NCBI GenBank assembly: GCA_039802265.1
Contig: JBDRWI010000055.1
Coordinates: 1 to 15,352 of the forward strand
Direction: 5' to 3'
DNA: 15,352 bases
DNA from: a candidate division WOR-3 bacterium
GTDB lineage: Bacteria; Hydrothermota; Tepidihabitantia; SM23-42; JAOAFX01
Position numbers and translations under genes: made by a program. The notes under the pieces are model-generated. The model was not told where the DNA came from. It worked only from the letters and a program-made list of their open reading frames with translations, and did not search any database. Within the stretch, counting starts at the first letter, position 1; each line of letters starts with the position of its first letter. Below, piece after piece: positions 7,043-15,352 of the stretch.

Positions 7043-10000
7043 ATGAAAATTAAAGAAATAAGTTTGTATGGATTCAAGTCATTTTACGGCGAAACGAAAT
7101 TTCTACTCTGCCCCGGGATAACTGCCTTTGTTGGACCAAATGGCAGTGGCAAGTCCAATATTTTCGATGCCTTAAGATGGGTCTTTGGTGAACAGAGTAT
7201 GAAGGCACTGCGCTGTGAAAAGAATGAAGACCTTATCCATATCTCACCGGATGGCGAAGACCTAAACTTCACGGAGGTGAGTGTCACGATTGAAAACGAA
7301 GACTTCTTTCCGCAGTTTGGCAGTGAATTTGAAATCCGCCGAAAGTTTTACCGCAATGGTGAAAGTGAATTTTATTTAAATCGGGTAAAATGCCGGCTTC
7401 AGGATATCCAGGCACTGTTTTTAAACTCCGGAACATTGACCTATTCCTTTCTGGAACTCTCTGAGATTGAAAAGATAATCAGCGGTGAAACAAAAGAGAT
7501 GTTTGATGATGTCTCGGGCGTATTGAAATATCAAGAACGTAGAGAACAGACCAAAAGACGACTGGAACAGACTGAACAGGACCTGCTTCGCCTGGAGGAT
7601 GTGATTGGAGAAATGGAAAGGAGTGTCCGCTTATTAAAAAGACAGACCCGGCAGGCACAAGTCTATCAGGATTTAAAAGAAGAATACAAAATTGTTTCTT
7701 TATATCTTTTAAAGGCTGAAAACAACAAATCCTTAGAAGAACTCAATAACCTCCAGATACAGATTGATGAATTACAGACAAAGCGGCAATCAATCTTATT
7801 GGCGATAAAAAAACTTGAGGAAGAACGGTTGGTTTTGAAAAATCAAATTTCACAGGCAGAACAGTTGAAAAAAGAAAAAATTTCAGAAATTACCATCCTT
7901 GATAATGAATTGAAAGAACTCACCGACGAACTCTTATCCAAAGAGAATGAATTTCGTAATGCGGGGATAGAACAGGAAAGGCATTCGGTGTCTGTTAAGG
8001 AAAAAAGGGTAGTGATTGAATCGCTTAATAATAAAATTATTGATTTTAAAAAAAATTTGAATATCGTTCAAACCGAATTGATTCAGCAAGAAGAACATCT
8101 GGAGAAAGAAAAAAATGAACTCGAAAATTATTCGAATAAATTTGTCAAAGTCAGTCGGGAAATAGAAATAAAAGAAAGACTGATTGCGGAAAAATTAAAG
8201 GATATTCAAATTTACCGGAATGAAATTTCAAAGTTTGAAATAAACCGATTAAACAAAGAAGCAATAATCCTTAAGGCAAAATCTGAAAAAGAGAGTTTCG
8301 CTGAAACTCAACAAGTATTGAATAACGAGAAGACAAAGTTTGAAAATGAACTCCAGAAGGTTATTGAGGAGCAGAACCGGCTCAGCCAGGAGTTAGAAGA
8401 AAAACAGAGCCAATTAAAAAATATAGAAAAATCCCTTGCGGAAGTTGAAGAAAAACTGAATCTCCGACAGTCGGCGATTAATGATTGCCGGCTTATCATT
8501 GATACCCTTAAAAACCGACTTGGTAGCCCCGAGGGTATGAAAGAAATAAATCAAAAATTTGGTGAAAAGGTATCGGGGTTATTTCGTGATTATCTTGAGG
8601 TACTGCCCGGTTATGAGTTGGTTGTAGATATCTGCCTTGGTGAGATATTAAATTACTACATTCTAAATGAATTTAATGTTTCAGATTTTTCACAGATGCC
8701 TGAAGGAAAATTTGGTTTTGTTACGACTAAATCCACACCCCCGGATACTGACCTGCCGCCCGAATTGATAAATTTAAAGAGAATCGACGAATTTGTTAAA
8801 ATTAAATCCAACAAGGATTTCTTAAAGCGCTATCTTATTAACTACTTTCTTGTTGAAAACTTCGCTGATGCATTGAAACTATCGGAAAAGTTTCCCAATT
8901 ATGGATTCGTTATAGCCGATGGTTTGCTATTCAACAATGGTAAGATCACTATCCAGAAGGGAGAATATGGCTATTTCCAGATTACCGAACGCCTGAATCA
9001 GGAAAAGAAAAGACTTGAATCACTACAGAATGAGGTCGTTTTTTTCAGCGATGAGAAGAAGCGGCTCTTTGAAGAAATGCAAAAGAATGAATTACTCATT
9101 GAACAGTATCGTGAGCAACTATTTCCGTTGAACATTAAAAAGAGCGAACTGAGTATGCGCATCGGTGAATTGGAAAAGAAAATAACCAGCCTCCTATCCG
9201 AAGCGAATGAAATCGATCTGGAGATTAAGAAGTTGGATGACGAAATCAGAAAAATCAATGAAGAAGGCGAATCTTTAAGGCAAAAGGTTAATCAGGAGGA
9301 GGAGGCGATAAAACAACTTGAAATGGAAATACAATCGCTAAAAAAAGACGCCAATGAAATAGAGGACTTAATTAATAAAAAGAATGTCAGTTTGAATGAT
9401 ATCATCATAAAAATCGGAGTACTGAAAGAGCGAAAATCTTCGCTGACAAAACTGATTGCTGATACCGAAAATGAAATAAAAAATCTTGAAGATGAAATCA
9501 AAAAGGAAGAGGAGATATACACACCGGAAAAACTCTCGGAATTGAATCAGATAATCGAAAATTTAAAGAGTAAAATTGCCGATAAGAATCTTCAGCGCCA
9601 GAAACTCCAGTCTGAATTGCCCGACTTAATGCTTGAAGAATTAAATAAAAAACTTGAACTTGCCTATGAAGAACTCACCCAAAAACAAAAATTACAGGAA
9701 GAGATCCAAAATGAAATAATGCAGCTCAATTATGCACTCTTTGAGGTCAAACATAAAATGGAGGAATTGCAGAAAAAGGCTAAGGAGGAATTTCAGACCG
9801 ACCTTAATGATTACCATCCTGAAGAAATCGCAGAACCTGAAGTAAAGTTGAATGAAATTAAAGAAAGGATGGCAAAACTGGGGACGATAAATCCTTTAAG
9901 TTTTGAAGCCTATCAGCAGGAAAAGAAAAGGCTTGATGAATTCCTTGCCCAGCGAAATGACATAATTGCCGCAAAACAGAGCCTGCTGAAATCTATTGAG

Positions 10001-10489
10001 GAATTGGACACCCGAGCAAAAGAAAGATTTCTCCTCACCTTCAGCGAAATAAAGGAAAAATTCAATTCAGTATTTGCCAACTTTTTTGAAGGTGGTGAAG
10101 CAGATCTCGTCCTGTCTGATCCAGCAAATCCCCTGGTCTCCCAGGTTGATATTGTAGTGCGAATGAAAGGAAAACGGGTTAAGAGAATCAACCAACTCTC
10201 CGGGGGTGAACGGACATTACTGGCGGTGAGCCTCCTCTTAGCATTCTATCTCGTCAAGCCAGCCCCATTCTGTATTCTTGATGAAATTGATGCACCACTG
10301 GATGATGCCAATGTCGTGCGCTTTAATAGATTCTTAAGAGACCTTTCCCAGCATACTCAGGTAATAATCATTACCCACAATCGCACGACGATGGAGTATG
10401 CCGATTATATCTATGGTCTTACTATGGAAAAACCCGGGCAGAGTAAGATTGTCTCCGCCCGCCTTGCAGATTTAGAGAAAATTGATTGA
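7043..10489 (+). CDS. smc: Chromosome segregation protein SMC (divergent)
   Basis: GFKSF, Walker A GPNGSGKSN, two long coiled coils around a central hinge, LGTINPLS, signature LSGGE, Walker B/D-loop CILDEIDAPLDDANV, H-loop ITH; 1148 aa. Confidence 0.93.
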   Translation: MKIKEISLYGFKSFYGETKFLLCPGITAFVGPNGSGKSNIFDALRWVFGEQSMKALRCEKNEDLIHISPDGEDLNFTEVSVTIENEDFFPQFGSEFEIRRKFYRNGESEFYLNRVKCRLQDIQALFLNSGTLTYSFLELSEIEKIISGETKEMFDDVSGVLKYQERREQTKRRLEQTEQDLLRLEDVIGEMERSVRLLKRQTRQAQVYQDLKEEYKIVSLYLLKAENNKSLEELNNLQIQIDELQTKRQSILLAIKKLEEERLVLKNQISQAEQLKKEKISEITILDNELKELTDELLSKENEFRNAGIEQERHSVSVKEKRVVIESLNNKIIDFKKNLNIVQTELIQQEEHLEKEKNELENYSNKFVKVSREIEIKERLIAEKLKDIQIYRNEISKFEINRLNKEAIILKAKSEKESFAETQQVLNNEKTKFENELQKVIEEQNRLSQELEEKQSQLKNIEKSLAEVEEKLNLRQSAINDCRLIIDTLKNRLGSPEGMKEINQKFGEKVSGLFRDYLEVLPGYELVVDICLGEILNYYILNEFNVSDFSQMPEGKFGFVTTKSTPPDTDLPPELINLKRIDEFVKIKSNKDFLKRYLINYFLVENFADALKLSEKFPNYGFVIADGLLFNNGKITIQKGEYGYFQITERLNQEKKRLESLQNEVVFFSDEKKRLFEEMQKNELLIEQYREQLFPLNIKKSELSMRIGELEKKITSLLSEANEIDLEIKKLDDEIRKINEEGESLRQKVNQEEEAIKQLEMEIQSLKKDANEIEDLINKKNVSLNDIIIKIGVLKERKSSLTKLIADTENEIKNLEDEIKKEEEIYTPEKLSELNQIIENLKSKIADKNLQRQKLQSELPDLMLEELNKKLELAYEELTQKQKLQEEIQNEIMQLNYALFEVKHKMEELQKKAKEEFQTDLNDYHPEEIAEPEVKLNEIKERMAKLGTINPLSFEAYQQEKKRLDEFLAQRNDIIAAKQSLLKSIEELDTRAKERFLLTFSEIKEKFNSVFANFFEGGEADLVLSDPANPLVSQVDIVVRMKGKRVKRINQLSGGERTLLAVSLLLAFYLVKPAPFCILDEIDAPLDDANVVRFNRFLRDLSQHTQVIIITHNRTTMEYADYIYGLTMEKPGQSKIVSARLADLEKID

Positions 10490-10491
10490 AT

Positions 10492-10764
10492 TCAGTGCCT
10501 TGGATTTCTTTTAACCTTTTCAATTGCCTTTAGAAGTTCAACCAGGACCTGCGCCTGAAGCTGGTCCTTGCTTAGGTTAAACATTGTCATAATGTGTCCA
10601 ACATCAGTTGCCACATACATTGCCGGAAGATTATTCAAGGTAAGGGTCATAATATCCTGATAGCAATTGTCACAACGACAAAGGGTCTTATCTCTCTCAT
10701 AGAAATTTTGTAATTCTTCACGGACAATCTTCTCAATATAATTCTCAAACTTTATGTCATCCAA
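10492..10764 (-). CDS. comFB: ComFB-family protein (late competence development; cyclic-dinucleotide-binding family)
   Basis: ENYIEKIV, CRCDNCYQDIMTLTLNNLPAMY, C-terminal VKRNPRH. TTG start 1 nt after the ligA stop, with SD GAGGAG inside the ligA end. Confidence 0.88.
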   Translation of the reverse strand: MDDIKFENYIEKIVREELQNFYERDKTLCRCDNCYQDIMTLTLNNLPAMYVATDVGHIMTMFNLSKDQLQAQVLVELLKAIEKVKRNPRH

Positions 10765-10765
10765 C

Positions 10766-12814
<2,049 letters not shown>

Positions 12815-13945
12815 TTATTTTAAATTCTTAATAAGAACCTTTACAATCCTTTCTCCAGCCCGTCCATCCCAGTATTTTGGTCTTTTTTTTATTTTTATAT
12901 CCCCTCCTCTTTTGATAATTTTAAGGGCTTCCTCCTCAATCCTCTTTGGGTCTGTGCCAACAAGTATATTAGTTCCCTGGGTTATCGTTATTGGCCTTTC
13001 AGTGTTGTTACGCAATGTCAAACAAGGAATGCGTAAAATTGTCGTCTCTTCCTGAATACCGCCCGAATCGGTTAGCACTATAGCCGCCTTCTCCATCAGG
13101 GATAGAAAATCAAGATAACCGAGTGGTTCAATAATCTTTATACCTGTTTTATATTTTTCGTTGTAGTTTAAAAAGTGCAGTTTACTCAACTGCTTCTTTG
13201 TGCGCGGGTGAACCGGAAAGATAATCGGGATTACCTGAGCAATCCTGCTGACCGCGTCCATGAGCCTCTGAAAGCTATTCAAATTATCCACATTGGAAGG
13301 ACGGTGTAGAGTGAGTAGACCAAATTTTACACCAATCATACCCAACCGCTCGTGTACCTTCAGTCTCCGGGCAAATTCAAGATGTTTTAATAAAGAATCA
13401 ATCATTGTATTACCCACAAAGAATATCTTGTTTGGAGCAATCCCTTCCCTTAATAGATTCTTATTCGCATCCTCACAAGTAGTGAAGAGAAAGTCGGAAA
13501 TCTGGTCCGTCAATAAGCGGTTAATCTCTTCAGGCATACTGCGGTCAAAACTACGCAGCCCTGCCTCTACATGACCCACCTTAATCCCCATCTTTACCGC
13601 GGTAAGGGCACAGGCAACCGTTGAGTTTACATCACCTACAACAAGAACCAACACAGGTTTTTCTCTCATTAAGACGGGTTCAAACCGTGCCATTATTCGT
13701 GCAGTTTGGACTGCATGGCTTGCAGAGCCAACATCAAGATAGATGTGGGGTCTCGGAAGACCAAGGTCGCGGAAGAAAAAGGCAGACATCCGCTTATCAT
13801 AATGCTGACCGGTATGGACAAGAATCGGTTTGAAATTTTTGTGCTTGAGAAGTTCAAAATAGACCGGTGCCACCTTCATAAAGTTGGGCCGGGCACCGCC
13901 CACAAGTATTATCTTTGTCTGCCTTTTTTTAAGAACTTTATTCAT
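12815..13945 (-). CDS. wecB: UDP-N-acetylglucosamine 2-epimerase (non-hydrolysing)
   Basis: GARPNFMK, HTGQHYD, GDVNST, HVEAGLRSFD, TLHRPSNVD, TDSGGIQEE, RNNTERP, WDGRAGERI. Start at ATG 13945 is a best guess. Confidence 0.95.
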   Translation of the reverse strand: MNKVLKKRQTKIILVGGARPNFMKVAPVYFELLKHKNFKPILVHTGQHYDKRMSAFFFRDLGLPRPHIYLDVGSASHAVQTARIMARFEPVLMREKPVLVLVVGDVNSTVACALTAVKMGIKVGHVEAGLRSFDRSMPEEINRLLTDQISDFLFTTCEDANKNLLREGIAPNKIFFVGNTMIDSLLKHLEFARRLKVHERLGMIGVKFGLLTLHRPSNVDNLNSFQRLMDAVSRIAQVIPIIFPVHPRTKKQLSKLHFLNYNEKYKTGIKIIEPLGYLDFLSLMEKAAIVLTDSGGIQEETTILRIPCLTLRNNTERPITITQGTNILVGTDPKRIEEEALKIIKRGGDIKIKKRPKYWDGRAGERIVKVLIKNLK

Positions 13946-14023
13946 TTCCAATAAGGTATTAAAGTCAATCATTATATAACACATTTAACAAAAATCAATA
14001 GTCTGATTAAATTATATGGCTGG

Positions 14024-14052
14024 TTGACAATCCTCTTTAAGATGGTTATAAT
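14024..14052 (+). promoter_or_regulatory. Consensus sigma70 promoter for the tRNA
   Basis: TTGACA (14024-14029), 17 nt, TATAAT (14047-14052), 8 nt before the tRNA. Confidence 0.85.
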
Positions 14053-14060
14053 TGAACATT

Positions 14061-14133
14061 GCCAGCGTAGCTCAGGTGGCAGAGCAGCGGTTTCGTAAAC
14101 CGCAGGTCAGCAGTTCGAATCTGCTCGCTGGCT
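14061..14133 (+). tRNA. tRNA-Thr(CGT), CCA not encoded
   Basis: Acceptor stem GCCAGCG/CGCTGGC, D arm GCTC..GAGC, anticodon arm GCGGT-TTCGTAA-ACCGC, T arm AGCAG-TTCGAAT-CTGCT. Confidence 0.97.
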
Positions 14134-14212
14134 ATAATTTTTCATAAGATTGTAACAGCAACACTGGATCTGACGGGCTTGAATATTTGTTTGTCATGAC
14201 AGTTTTATCTTT

Positions 14213-15352
14213 TTACCAACCTGTGGCAAAAAGTTTTCTGGCGGCATTTAATCCACATTTCTGATATCTATTATATTCTTTTGCTGAACGAAGCCGTATT
14301 TCTTCTCCGCTTTCTAATGCTATCCAGCCATCTATCGCTACCTTCAAAGTATAGGCTTCAGGGGCGAGCAGGCCGGTCGTCCATAACAAAGGATAACCAC
14401 CAAGTGAATCTAAAATATTATAAAAACTATTTTTGCTTAAACAGGCAAGGATTATAACATCCTTTTGCCTATTATTTTCTGTCGGTATCGGTAAGCTATC
14501 AAGTGTAAAATCTAATAATCCATTGTGTCCAACATAACAGACCAATTGTGGCACCATCCCATTTTCGAAGTCCAAATTCACTTCATTCATGGGCAATTCA
14601 ATTTCTGTTCGTAAAATTGTATCCTTTGCAACGGCATTGAGAAAGTCACAGATTGCTTCTTTTATTGCACTCCCCCTATAGGCATCAGCAATGAGATAAA
14701 TATTTTTTTTCTTCCTTTTAAATATACACCTTTCAAGAATATTTGCACTGATATTTGTATCACTCACTATCATTCGCCATTCATTGCTTTTCTTAAAATA
14801 TGTCTTTAATCCACCACCTGCACCCCAATATAAATTATTTTTCGGGTCATCACCATTGCCGAGCCTTGGTGGAACCGGCACAATACCCTGATGTTCATTA
14901 TCGCATAGCGCCACAATTGCATAAATTAGAACAGGACGATTATCTGCCATTGTTCTTTGCAAATTTTTAATTATTTCTTCCCGTGATTCAATTCTATTGC
15001 CCGCTTCCCTTGAGGGCTTTATCTGAAATTCCCTCCCTTGATGGGAGGGATTAAGGGAGGGTGAATTATCTGAATTTTCAGGAGACGAACGAGACGATGG
15101 GTATTCAATTATAGTATCAAATCGCGTTACAAAAATCGCATCAAAATAAATATCTTCCAGAGGCTCAATGACTACCTTATCCCCGGGCCTTGCATTCAAA
15201 CACAACGCAACCCCACATGAATCAAAACCTGCAAATATCCCCATATGCCATACCCAGTAAGGAATGCCATCTATATAAACAAGCGGAATATCTGTATCAT
15301 AAATTTTTTCTGTAACCAAAAAATATATTATATCACCCTTTCTTAACCTTGT
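14213..15352 (-). CDS. 5'-truncated multi-domain hypothetical protein: NlpC/P60-like end, repeat-derived linker, conserved hypothetical domain with possible His/Cys dyad
   Basis: The frame stays open to the window edge (TRLRKGDIIYFLVTEK...WHMGIFAG..LNARPGDKVVIEPL). The C-terminal domain has VALCDNEHQGIVPVP..GNGDDPKNNLYWG, YVGHNG and IILACLS. Confidence 0.7.
   Translation of the reverse strand, partial: TRLRKGDIIYFLVTEKIYDTDIPLVYIDGIPYWVWHMGIFAGFDSCGVALCLNARPGDKVVIEPLEDIYFDAIFVTRFDTIIEYPSSRSSPENSDNSPSLNPSHQGREFQIKPSREAGNRIESREEIIKNLQRTMADNRPVLIYAIVALCDNEHQGIVPVPPRLGNGDDPKNNLYWGAGGGLKTYFKKSNEWRMIVSDTNISANILERCIFKRKKKNIYLIADAYRGSAIKEAICDFLNAVAKDTILRTEIELPMNEVNLDFENGMVPQLVCYVGHNGLLDFTLDSLPIPTENNRQKDVIILACLSKNSFYNILDSLGGYPLLWTTGLLAPEAYTLKVAIDGWIALESGEEIRLRSAKEYNRYQKCGLNAARKLFATGW
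15019..15074. repeat. REP-like palindromic element inside a CDS, flanked by 9-bp direct repeats
   Basis: TTCCCTCCCTTGATGGGAGGGATTAAGGGAGGGTGA (15029-15064). CCCTCCC can pair with GGGAGGG at 15043-15049 or 15055-15061. TTATCTGAA occurs at 15019-15027 and 15066-15074. Confidence 0.75.

Noticed and set aside
13983..14010. ATTTAACAAAA resembling a XerD half-site
   Set aside because: No XerC arm at the 6-bp spacing; better explained as AT-rich divergent promoter DNA.
14134..15352. Integrative element inserted at tRNA-Thr
   Set aside because: No integrase and no duplicated tRNA 3' end within the window; cannot be excluded beyond the edge.

Overview
AT-rich bacterial chromosomal segment. The PorV-like gene and very short N-terminal hydrophobic leaders suggest an FCB-group or WOR-3-like organism; this is inference only. 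The left ~1.7 kb is an IS graveyard: the left end and a nonsense-broken transposase start of an ISNCY/IS1202-like element, an unexplained ~100-nt structured element, and a decayed IS110-family element (476-1685). The IS110 ends, circle-junction promoter and a three-hairpin bridge-RNA-like leader can still be read. The rest is mostly core or envelope genes. On the minus strand: a multi-TM HD-GYP phosphodiesterase and a GHL10/YddW-like glycosyl hydrolase. On the plus strand: an operon of PorV-like barrel, 2-TM coiled-coil protein, YhaM and a divergent SMC. Then ligA-comFB and wecB (minus), tRNA-Thr(CGT) (plus), and a 5'-truncated minus-strand ORF. In that ORF an NlpC/P60-like part and a possible clan-CD protease domain are joined through a translated REP-like palindrome. 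Three genes have a sigma70-like -10 box exactly 7 nt before the ATG and no SD, suggesting leaderless mRNAs. Family assignments are from motif recognition by eye; no searches were run.
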